A stretch of 64,000 nt of DNA from Phyllobates terribilis (Eukaryota). Below, piece after piece: positions 22,691 through 33,939 of the stretch (its first letter is position 1; the number at the start of each line of letters is the position of its first letter). Location: contig NW_027362763.1 in assembly GCF_046119375.1 (NCBI RefSeq), positions 452,910,001 to 452,974,000 on the forward strand, in the 5' to 3' direction. A program made the translations under genes and the position numbers. The notes below the pieces were generated by a model. The model saw only the letters and a list, made by a program, of their open reading frames with translations. It was not told the origin of the DNA and did not search any database.

Positions 22691-23924
22691 GGAAAAAACA
22701 CAGTGCAGGTAAGACTGAATCTGGTTGTTTAGCCAAATAGACAGTGAAATTCTGTTTGCTGGTTTGCATCAGTTTCTTGCATTGGCAGATAAACCATCTG
22801 GTCCATCATATCATATATATTGTTAATGGTGCTGTTGGTTATTTGTAAAATTCTTAATTTGGAAAAGAAAACTGTGCTGTTGGAAATAAAATAATTTAGT
22901 TTTTATAATTTTAAGCAATTTTGCTTTTTCCGATCATTTTTACTTTTTTATCCTGCCCTGAACACGTGGAGAAGTGTTGACTCTGCAGGAAGCGCATAGT
23001 GGTCAGCTGATCATACTTGCAGGTGGCAACCATCCGCTGTGCAAAAGTTTCACCAATTTGGGAACACAGATTTTCCTGTTAATATGCCAGTTCTCCTACC
23101 CAAAAAAATCTTAACAATTCTAGAAAGAATTGATAATTTTTTTATAGAAATTTCACTTAAGGAATTGAAAGAATTTTGGTTAGATAATTTTAAACAATTG
23201 TTCCCTTAGCGACCTCAACCAAACTGAAATGTAATTTAAGGAAACAAATGCTAGGTTGTGAAGTTGCTAAACAAAGGTTCACGACCTGAAACGAACATGC
23301 AACAACAACAAGCAGTATGGTCGCAGGGTGCACAGTGTCTAAAGTAGACAAAGGAAAAAACATAAAAGACCTTTTATATTAAAGATGAAAAACCCGCTTC
23401 CATGTGCTTTTCACAAAATAGGATGGGACAAGAAAATCTAGGTAGAATCACGTCCCAAAAGAAAATACCTACAAGTGATCACTGTTTTCAGGTGGCAAAT
23501 TTATGCATGTAATAGTAGACTATTGGAGTAATGCATAGTGTTGAGCATTCCGATGCTGAAATATCGGGTATCGGCCGATATTCGCGGTATCGGAATTCCG
23601 ATACTTAATTCCGATACTTTTAGAATATCGTATACCGGAATCGGAAGTTCCTATAATGCAATGAGCCAGTTTCATTTTATTCAGCAAATGAGGATCCTAA
23701 GAAGTGTGGGCACATCCTGTTAGGCATGTAGGCATGTTAACTAATGGCATGGCTGTGATTGGCTGCTGAAATGATGTCATGATGCACTATAAAATCCATC
23801 GCCGCCATTTTGAGCTCACTCTGCTGTGAATTCAGTTAGGGATAGGATGCTGTTGTTCTGAGGGACAGTTTTAGCTACCTATTTGCTCTATTCTGCTTTA
23901 CCCAAGCTACTTTATAAATCGCTG

Positions 23925-24990
23925 TGCCTTGCAGCGCTAGTGCACAGTTCTCTGTGCTGTTCACTGCTGTCTGCAAGGTCTCTGTGTGTGAGTGCAGCTC
24001 ACGCTGTAGTGTGTGCTTCAGCCACGTCTGGTTGTAGTGCGCTCAGTGTGCGTCACTGCCTCATACATTGTCCTTTTTTGCTAATTGATCATTTTTCCTG
24101 ATTTATCCTATTAGTGTGGTGGTTCCATCCGTATTCAGCTAAATTGGTTCCAAACACACTATATAGGAGTAGATAGAGAATTTTTTTTTGTCTTGCAACG
24201 CTAGTGCACAGTGCTCTGCATCTGCACTGTTCACGCCTGACTGCAAGGTCTCTGTGTGTGAGTGCAGCTCACTCTGTAGTGTCTGCTTCAGCCACGTCTG
24301 GTTGTAGTGTGCTCAGCGTGCGTCACTGCCTCATACATTGTTCTTTTTTGCTAATTGATTATTTTTCCTGATTTCTCCTATTAGTGTGGTGGTTCCATCC
24401 GTATTCAGCTAAATTGGCTCCAAACACACTATATAGGAGTAGATAGAGATTTTTTTTTTTGTCTTGCAGCGCTAGTGCACAGTGCTCTGCATCTGCACTG
24501 TTCACGGCTGTCTGCAAGGTCTCTGTGTGTGAGTGCAGCTCACGCTGTAGTGTGTGCTTCAGCCACGTCTAGTTGTAGTGCGCTCAGCATGCGTCACTGC
24601 CTCATACATTGTCCTTTTTTGCTAATTGATCATTTTTCCTGATTTCTCCTATTAGTGTGGTGGTTCCATCCGTATTCAGCTAAATTGGTTCCAAACACAC
24701 TATATAGGAGTAGATAGAGAATTTTTTTTTGTCTTGCAACGCTAGTGCACAGTGCTCTGCATCTGCACTGTTCACGCCTGTCTGCAAGGTCTCTGTGTGT
24801 GAGTGCAGCTCACTCTGTAGTGTGTGCTTCAGCCACGTCTGGTTGTAGTGTGCTCAGCATGCGTCACTGCCTTATACATTGTCCTTTTTTGCTAATTGAT
24901 TATTTTTCCTGATTTCTCCTATTAGTGTGGTGGTTCCATCCGTATTCAGCTACATTGGTTCCAAACACACTATATAGGAGTAGATAGAGG
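23925..24990. repeat. About 270-bp tandem repeat, 4 copies
   Basis: GGTTCCATCC anchors at 24121, 24391, 24662 and 24932. Confidence 0.95.
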
Positions 24991-25344
24991 AGCCGTTCTG
25001 CAGCATTGTGCCCTGCAGCCCCAGCCAGATTAGTATTAGCCTATTTTTTGTAGCCTCATCTATTGCATTGTAGGTTACCTTCCTGCATTGTAATAGCTAC
25101 AAAAAGTTTGTGATACTATCGGTATTACATCTTTGGGCACATCCAGTGTCTTTTTGTGACAAAAAAAACCTAAATAAAGTTCACCAAACACTCCACTTTA
25201 CAGTTGTGTAGGCCACATTAGCTCATATTAAAGTCTAGTCCACACTTTATAAAATTAGTGTTTCTTATACCTGTTAGCAGCTGTTCAGGAATAAGCACAC
25301 TAAGCCCTTAGTGCTTTTCTGCCTATCTTTATCAGCCTACCAAG

Positions 25345-26987
25345 ATGAAGAAGGCAGGGAGTAAGGCATGTGGTCGTGGTTGTGGGCGTGGAGTTTCTGC
25401 AGGGAGAGGACGTGAGGATTCTGTGCCTGCAGGGAGAGGATGTGGGGATTCTGTGCCTGCTGCGGGCACCAGTGACTCAGCATTACCCAGTTTTACCAGG
25501 GAACAGTCCTTTATGTGCAGCTTTGTAGGAGCTAGCCGTACCTAACTGCTGCGGGAGGACCAAATTGAAGCCGTTGTCAGATGGATGGCAGCTAACGCAT
25601 CGACTTCAATTAGTTCCAGATCCTCTCAGGTCCTGAGCACTGAAGAGCACCCATCTGTCTCTTCACCACCTGCCAAATTGCCCAGGCAGTCAGAGAGCCC
25701 TGGACAGGAGCCATCTCTACTTTTGTTCTCTGAATCTCTTGGCTTGGAAGAGGGGGCCAGCCAAGCAGAATTCGAGAATTTGAAGAAGAGGTAGTATGCA
25801 GTGATGTGCACCGTTTTGTCTCTCTGAATCTGAAGAGGCAGGTGGGACAGTGCCTATGGTCAGCAGCACACCTCAGTACGCCTTTGATGATGAGACTCAG
25901 GTGCCACTTTCTGGTGCGTACTGTGCTGTCGAGACTACCCAGGAGAAGCAGTTGTTTGAGGAGGGTGGTGTAGATGATGAGGTACTTGACACATCATGGC
26001 GTGAGGGACAGGAAGGTGGTGGGAGCAGCTCTGTGGAAGAGATTCCCCGAACGGTCCAAAAAGGAGGGAGAGGGAGGGGGCAGACTTGGTTGCCTGTAGC
26101 CTCCACTTCGGCACCCATTAGGAGCATGGCTCTTCCAAAATCCAAAGCGGGCGCTCCCAAGACTTGCAGTGCCTGGTCCTTTTTTGACACAGTTGCAGAT
26201 GACATTTGCTTTGTCAAATGCAAGCTGTGTAATCAGAAGGTGAAAAGAGAGAAAAGTGTCAGTAACCTCAATACCACAAATATGTGGAAACATGTGCGGA
26301 CCAAGCACGTGGTGGAGTTACAAAAACACACTGAAGACCTAGGCCAACCTACAGTGCCACCTACCACCTCTTCAGCTCGTGTTGTAGCCTCTTCCTCCAG
26401 CTCACACACAGCTTGTTCGGCTTCCTCACAGGATCGCCATGGAAGAACCTCTGGCACTGTTGTACAGAGACACAGTGTAATTCCACCCACAGCACCATTT
26501 TCCCTGTCATCCTCACACTCCCAGGCCAGTCTACAGCCATCATTAGCACAGGCATGGGAGAAAAGGCGCCCATACTCGGCAAACCACCCCTGAGCACAGG
26601 CTCTGAATGCTGGCATTGCAAAACTACTGGCCCTTGAAATGCTATTATTCAGGCTGATGGAGACTGACACCTTCCGTAACTTTATGGCATTGGCAGTCCC
26701 ACAATACAACGTGCCCAGCCACTTTTATTAAAGCAGGCAAGCCGTCCCTGCCCTGCAACAGCATGTGGAGGGAAAATTAAACATGCGCTACGAAACGCCG
26801 TCAGTAGCAAGGTCCACCTGACCACCAATGCGTGGACCAGTAAGCATGGACAGGGACGATACCTTTCCCTCACGGCCCATTGTGGTAAATGTTGTGGAGC
26901 TGGGTACAGATCTTGAGAGTGGCGCTGTACGTGTTCTGCTAACTCCAAGGATTGCAGGAATCCAGTCTGTACACATTGACTCCTCCT
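25345..26987 (+). pseudogene. hAT-B transposase, 5' part
   Basis: MKKAGSKACGRG start, BED finger AWSFF...CKLC...MWKHVRTKH, VHLTTNAWTSKHGQGRY; several stops and frameshifts; joins in frame to 40456. Confidence 0.9.
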
Positions 26988-27200
26988 CATAGTAACATAG
27001 TAACATAGTTTGTAAAGCCGAATAAAGACTTGCGTCCATCAAGTTCGACCTGTTAGTTCTGTAATTGCTAAAGTTGATCCAGAGGAGGGCAAAAACCCCA
27101 AATGATTTGGCCAATCTTCACCTGAGGAAAAATTCCCTCCCGACTCTGAAACCAGCAGTCAGAATAAATCCCTGTATCAACCTACTATTTTATTTTATTT

Positions 27201-29467
27201 TTAAGTATATGCTGAAATCTGCCTGGTATCTAGAAATGCATCCAGTCCCCGCTTGAACTGGTGTAGTGAATCCGACATTACCGTCTCCTCACTCAGTGAA
27301 TTCCATATTCTCACTGCTCTTACCGTAAAGAACCCCTTCCTATGCTGGTGCTGAAACCTTTTCTCTTCCAGTCTTAGTGAGTGCCCTCTTGTTACCGTAA
27401 TATCCCTCCTTTTGAACAAATCCCGGGCAAGATCTCTATACTGTCCCCTAACATATTTGTACACATTTATTATGTCCCCCCTCAACCTTCTCTTTTCCAG
27501 GCTGAATAGTTCTAGTTTTGCCAACCTCTCTGGGTATTGCAGTCCCTCCATTCCCTTTATTAATTTTGTTGCCCTCCTTTGTACCTTTTCAAGCTCATTT
27601 ATATCCTTTCTATATATTGGGGCCCATAACTGAGCACAGTATTCCAAGTGTGGTCTGACCAGTGCTTTGTACAGTGGAAGAACAATGTTCTCATCCTTTG
27701 CAGCTATACCTCTTCTGATACATCCCATTACCCTGTTTGCCCTTACAGCAGCAGCCTGACTTTGGGCACTCCAATTTAGTTTGCTATCAATCAAGATGCC
27801 CAAGTCCTTCTCCATCTCTGAATTCCCCAATGATTTCCCATTCAGTGAGTACTGGTGACTTCCATTTTTCCTTCCCATATGTATGACCTTACATTTCTCC
27901 TCGTTAAGCCTCATTTGCCATTTAATGCTCCACCTACCCAGCTTATCCAAATCCCTCTGTAGGTCTGCACTGTCCTCTTTTGTATTAATTGTTTTACATA
28001 ACTTTGTGTCATCTGCAAATATTGATATTTTACTATTTATCCCGTTGACTATGTCGTTAATAAAGATATTAAATAACATTGGGCCTAGTACAGACCCCTG
28101 TGGTACCCCACTAGTGACGCTTACCCAATCTGAGTATATTCCATTTATAACCACCCTCTGCCTTCTATCCTTTAGCCAGTTAGCTACCCACTTGCAGACA
28201 TTTTCCCCCAGCCCCATCATTCTCATTTTGTATACCAACCTATTTTGTGGCACGCTATCGAACGCTTTTGAGAAGTCGAGATACACGACATCCACTGGTT
28301 CCCCCTGATCTACTCGAGAGCTAACCTCCTCGTAGAAGTCAATCAGGTTTGTTTGGCAGGAGCGATTCCTCATGAATCCATGTTGGTTCGGGATTAAAAG
28401 ATTATTAGCATCAAGATGCTCCGTAATTGCCTCTTTAATGAAGCTTTCAAAAATTTTGCCCACAACGGACGTCAGACTCACCGGCCGATAGTTTCCGGCG
28501 TCACTTTTCGCTCCCTTTTTGAATATTGGCACTACATTCGCCTGTCGCCAATCAAGGGGCACAGACCCAGTCTCAACAGAGTCCTTAAACATAAGATATA
28601 ATGGTCTGTCTATCACATTACTTAGTTCCCTTAGTACCCGTGGGTGTATGCCATCAGGTCCTGGTGATTTGTTTATTTTAATGTTACTGAGGCATTTCTG
28701 TACTCCAGCTTGGGTTAGATTTGTCATACTTAGTGGAGGATTAAGTTTGTCACTTCTCATTTCTCCTGTTAGTTCGATTTCCTTTGTGAAAGTTGTCGAA
28801 AAAAAATTATTTAATAGATTAGTTTTATCCTCATCTTTCTCTATGATTTTGCCTTCCTCACTTTTTATCGGTCCAATATTATCCAATTTAATCCTTTTAC
28901 TATTTAGATACGTAAAGAACAGTTTGGGATTTGATCTACTTTCCCTAGCAATACGTCTCTCTGTTTCCTCCTTCGCTATTTTTATTTGTTTTTTACAGGT
29001 TCTCGTTTTTTCCTTGTAACACATTAGTGCCTCCTTACTGTTTTCCTGTTTTAATCTCTTGAATGCCTCTTTTTTGCTATTTAACGCCCCTTTTACGTTC
29101 TTGTTCAACCATATTGGTTTCCTCTTATTTCTGGCCCTTTTATTCCCATACGGTATATATCTCTCGCACTGAGTATTCAGAATTCTTTTGAAGGTTTCCC
29201 GTTTACTATTCGTATTCCTTTGATTAAGAACTTTGTCCCAGCTGAAGGCTTTCTTTCAGCTGATCAAACTTCGCCCTCCTAAAGTTTAATGTTTTTGTTG
29301 TTCCCTTATTGATAACCCTACTGAAGGGCATTTTGAAGTCGATAATATTATGGTCGCTATTACCTAGGTGCCCCCCTATCTGTACCTCAGTTATTCTATC
29401 AGGCCTATTAGTCAATATTAAGTCCAACACGGCCTTCCCTCTCGTTGGTTCCTGCACTAGTTGGGAG
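27201..29467 (-). CDS. CR1 ORF2: end of the APE endonuclease plus reverse transcriptase
   Basis: LDLILTN and SDH endonuclease motifs, one frameshift near 29245, then 635 open codons with GPDG, YRPVSL, PQGSVLGP, FADD and RRLRGD. Confidence 0.93.
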
Positions 29468-29968
29468 TAGTGTTGAGCCACCCCCGTAGTGTTCGAGTTC
29501 AGTTCGGTTCGTCGAACACCCGTGTGTTCGCCGAACTGTTCGTCGAACTGTTCGTCGAACACCTTCGAACACCGTTAAAACCAATGGCAGGCAAACAAAA
29601 ACACATAGAAACACATAGAAAACACGTTCAAAGGTGTCCAAAAGCTGACAAACTGCTCAGAAGACACAACTAACACATGGAAAAGTGACAAGTACATATA
29701 GTCATGCGAAAATAAAAGAGGAGGAGGAGTAAAAGGAGGGGGAGACACAGATATAGGCATGTCATGCCCTTCTAAAATCCAAAAAGTGAGAAGCCGAGAC
29801 GGCCAGTCCGCTCCTGCCCGTGCCACCTCCGTGTCGCCGGGTTTGTGCCAGAGCCGCGGTGAACCCTGACGGCCAGCCCCCCTCTCCCAATACTGGTGCC
29901 TGTCCGCTGGTGGGTCGAGAGAGCCCCCCTGTGGTGGAGGCAGCTCTAAGCTTTTTAATTTAAATTGT

Positions 29969-30239
29969 CCCTCTAATTTGAATGAATACACTTTAAATCC
30001 ATTTACAAGGATCTATTGGAGGGCAAGTCTCATGCCAGCAGCCGCGTAATTCCAGCTCCAGTAGCGTCCACTAAAGCTGCTGCAGTTAAAAAGCTTTTAT
30101 AAGGATCGAGCTCGGCTGTCCACCGCAAGGCATCCTAGTGCCAGTCCCAGCCCCTATGCCTTGGGGTGCCTCCTGATGCTCTTCACTAAGTATCCCGTGG
30201 TCCCGAAGCATTTCCTTTGAAAAAATTAAGTGTCCAAAC
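29969..30239 (+). pseudogene. Diverged 18S rRNA gene fragment (about 270 bp, helix-18/530-loop region into V4)
   Basis: Contains CTTTAAATCC...ATTGGAGGGCAAGTCT.ATGCCAGCAGCCGC-GTAATTCCAGCTCCA...GCTGCAGTTAAAAAGCT and TTTGAAAAAATTA, collinear with recalled vertebrate 18S; has indels and substitutions. Confidence 0.9.
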
Positions 30240-30469
30240 TACAGGTGGTGTAGCTTGCTTAACAGCCGGGATAATCCGCTGACTAGCAGACACTGCTACT
30301 AGGCACAAAGTATTTCCTGGGCTAGATGCAGTTAAAAATTTGTAAGTAGATACTCTCGTTGGATGCTGAGAAAGCATTCCATAGAGTCTCCTGGCACGCC
30401 ATATATGATTCTCTTAAAAAGCTTGGGGTAGGGGTCTAGGGGACCCTTTTATAGCCAAAATCACGGCCC

Positions 30470-31724
30470 TGTATCACAATACGTCACCTAGGCTGAAGAT
30501 AAATGGAACTGTAGCACCGAGGGCTCGGTTGCTACAGACGTATTGCACCTCACCCAGAGGTGTGATATCTCACTCTCAGATAAGGATGGAGTGTGGATCA
30601 GGACCCGACACCTGCATGCATTACACCACATTGCCGTGGGGCAGGGCGACCAATATGCCCCTGAGATGGGCACGACAGTCCCTGTCCCTGGCTGGAGTGG
30701 GGGGAGGGAACACTGAGGAAGGGGAACCCTGCAGTGCAGGAGCAGGGAGGAAGCAGTTCCTGGGTGCATTGAGAAGGGAGTATAAAAGGTGGGCACCATC
30801 TTAGTTCAGTGCAGAGAAGTCTGAGCAGAAGTGTCAGGGAGCAGGGGCTCTGCATGAGCTCTGCTCCGGAGGCGGGCCTAGTAACAGAGGCCCAGGCCTG
30901 CAAGAGGGAGAAGGAAGGAAGAGGAGCGGAGAAGGCTCCAGGAACGAGGAATGAAGGGATCCCAGGGGTGCGGACGGGCGAGTGCCACCGCACGCCCGAA
31001 TCCACCTGCGTGGAGGGGTCAGGCCAAAGGGGGAGACCGGTCCCCGAACTAGTGGAGGCAGGAAACGACCCTCAGCTAGAAACCGGAGGCTCTGACATTT
31101 TATGTGGCGCAGCCCCTTGCTCCACCCACTAGGAAGGCACCACATAGGGTCAGGGAAACTGGCGCCAAGTTTACCAAGAGGAGGCCCGAGGCAGCCGGAC
31201 AGAAGTGTTGGTAAGAAAGGCCAGACAAAGGACACACAAAGGGGGTCCTGTGAAGCGCTCCAAAGTTATCTGGGAGTTGTCTGAGCCCCTCACCTGGTGA
31301 GCACAGTACGACGTGGGCAGCCGTTACCTGCAGACGTGGTCTGGATAATAAGAACTGTGAGTAAAGGCCCTGAACTGCATCACTGACTCCGTGTCGTTAC
31401 TGCTGCTGCCCTGCACCATCACCCCCAACCTCCGCATACACTGCCCTGAGGCTATACTCCTCCCGTGGGGAGTTATGCTACGCTCTGCTGCACCCACAAC
31501 ATCAGCCTTAGCGGTCTGCCCTGTAGCGGCGGTTCACTCTGACCGCAATCCACGGGTGGCGTAGTCGGACATTTAAACATCAAAACCACATAAATAGTTC
31601 CGCCACTGGTTTGACCGCCCTGAGCCACGGAACCGGATCGCCGCCACGAAGACTACAACCACCAGCATCCACCAAAAAGGGTCCGGCTCCGGGTGTCCCA
31701 AGGCCCAGGGGGTGCGTCAGAACA
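30470..31724 (+). mobile_element. LTR-like segment
   Basis: GC/purine-rich with TATAAAAG (30780) and an AGTAAA poly(A)-like signal (about 31358); TG...CA ends are plausible, but no TSD was found. Confidence 0.45.
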
Positions 31725-32165
31725 TTTTCATCACCTTTCACAATCACCAATGGGACAAGGCAGGGATGTCCTCTGTCCCCTCTCTTATACATCCTAGTGA
31801 CGGAGCACCTGCTCTCATCAATTCGCCATAACCCCAATATTAGGTGGATTGAGGTGGGAGGCACCGAGTACAAGTGCTCTCTATTTGCTGATGATGTCCT
31901 AGTATATATCACTCAATCACATATATCCATCCCTGCTGTTATGGCTGAAATAGATCACTTTGTTACATGGTAAAATTTTAAAATCAATGCAGCGAAGTCT
32001 GAGGCCCTCGATGTCTCCCTCCCTAAATCCATATAGGATTCCATCCAGTCCAACTTTCCCTTTGCCTGGCCCTCACAGGGTATCAAATACTTAGGAATTC
32101 CTATTCATAGAGACCTCTCCCATCTATGTTATCTTAATTTTGGGCCCTTTATTGAACAATTCCAT
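31725..32165 (+). pseudogene. L1/Tx1-clade reverse transcriptase fragment
   Basis: GTRQGCPLSPLL, SLFADD, FKINAAKS and IKYLGI motifs with internal stops. Confidence 0.88.
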
Positions 32166-32241
32166 ACAGACCACGGTTGGCAAGTTAGAACTGTAAGATT
32201 CACTACGTGAACCACTGGTGTTTTGTGGAAAAGCACATGTA
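32166..32241 (-). pseudogene. Short diverged copy of hAT-C-like transposase sequence
   Basis: Direct paralog of 34390-34462 (CACGGTTGGCAAGTT...GGAAAAGCACATGTA); the sequence resumes at 33615-33735 as a paralog of about 34552-34670. Confidence 0.8.
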
Positions 32242-33614
32242 CACCGCGTTCCAAATTATTATGCAAAAAGTGTTTAGGAGTGATAAGGGAAGAATTTGTT
32301 TGTTTGTCAGTTAAACTCATTGATGGTGATGTGTGTCAGGGCTCTTTATATCACTGTAAGCAATTGCAGACACCTGTGCTAATTAGTTTGGCAGGTGTGT
32401 CCAATGAAAGGCAAGACTACTTAAGAAGGCTCTCTCACATTATTAAGCAGCCTACATTTTCTGCCAAAATGGGAAAGAAAAAGGATGTGTCGGCTGCTGA
32501 GAAGCAACAAATTGTGGAGTGTATAGGTCAAGGCATGACTACAATCAACATTGTGCGATGATCAGGATGAAGTGTCTTGGCAATCAAGAAGTATGTAGCT
32601 GATTCACAGTACACACGTGTGCGTGCTGATAAGGGCAAATTGAGGACTCTTTCCTACAGGCAATTACGTCAGGTTGAAAGAGCAGCGGCAAAAAAGCCTT
32701 GTCATAGCAGCAGACAAGTTTTTGAAGCTGCTTGTGCCTCCAACGTCCCCCGAACAACAAGATGCAGGGTCCTTCAGAGGTTTGCAGCTGTGCATACGCC
32801 ATCCTGTCGACCTCCTCTATCCACTTCACACAAGCAGAAACGGCTCCAGTGGGCCAAACATTACATGAAGACTGATTTCAAAACTGTTTTGTTCACGGAT
32901 GAGTGCCGTGCAGCGCTCGATGGTCCAGATGAATGGAGTGGAGGATGGCTGGTTGATGGACACCCCACGCAAACACGGCTACAGCGCCAACAAGGAGGAG
33001 GTGGAGTAATGTTTTGGGCTGGAATCATGGGGAGAGAGATTGTCGGCCCCTTTAGGATCCCTGAAGGCGCTAAAGATGAACTCCATAATGTATGTGGATT
33101 TTCTCAAACAGCACTTCCTGCCATGGTTCAAGAAGAAGAACCGTGTATTTCACAGCAAGATCATTTTTCTGCATGATAATGCACCATCTCATGCTGCACA
33201 TAAAACATCTGCATCTCTGGCTGATATGGGCATAAAAGGGGACAAACTTATGGTGTGACCCCCATGCTCCCCTGACCTCTACCCCATTCAGAACCTTTGG
33301 AGCATCATTAAAAGGAGTGTCTATGATGGCGGGAGGCAGTTCACATCTAAGCAACAGCTCTGGGAGGGTATTCTGTCCTCATGCAAAACAATTGAAGCAG
33401 AAACCATCCAAAACCTGACAAATTCAATGGACGAGAGAGTTCAGAAGCTCCTTTCGAACAAGGGGTCCTATGTGAAAATGTAACATCACCTAGAATAAAG
33501 TTTTGAGTTGAAAACTGTTTGATTTCAGTTTCTAACAACCTGCTAATGCTTATAATTTCAAAAATGACCATTTTTTTGGTCTTTATTAAAATGAAAAGGT
33601 TGATCGAAAAGTTT
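32242..33614 (+). mobile_element. Decayed DD37E (TRT-type) Tc1 transposon; CDS remnant 32469-33483; right TIR lost
   Basis: TA followed by CACCGCGTTCCAAATTATTATGCAA TIR; TVLFTDE, QQGGGGVMFW and HDNAP motifs; 37 residues between the second Asp and the Glu position (now Gln, PIQNLW); frameshift, stop and micro-inversion. Confidence 0.88.
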
Positions 33615-33939
33615 GGGGATCTAAGAGTGTGGCAACCCAGTAGTCATGATTACTTCGAATTCTGACAATATGAGGGTCATGCTGCAGGTAGTGCAGCAAG
33701 AAGGCACTTATGTGTCTTGCGCATCTCGGAGCCCCAAAATTATTTTCCGGGCTAGATGCAGCTAAAAATTATTTTTAATTTTAAATCTGGTGAAGCTTAT
33801 TATAGATGGCCTAATAGGATCAGTGCTGCACACTGCTACAAAGCCCAAATTATTTTCCAGTCAAGATACAGATAAACATGATTAGTAATTTGAAAGCTTA
33901 AAACGGTTGGTAGGGTGATTTTAACCAATCATCAAGCTT

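Noticed and set aside
22530-22715. 60-aa ORF ending at AG-GTAAG, a possible host exon
   Set aside because: The opposite strand encodes an hAT dimerization-domain remnant, which explains the open frame.
29969-30239. Functional 18S rRNA gene
   Set aside because: Only about 270 bp, with a deletion in the invariant 530-loop motif and no flanking rDNA; treated as a captured fragment.
31557-31568. TGGCGTAGTCGG, complementary to a tRNA-Ser 3' end (possible PBS)
   Set aside because: Only 12 nt, not preceded by an LTR-terminal CA and not followed by gag.
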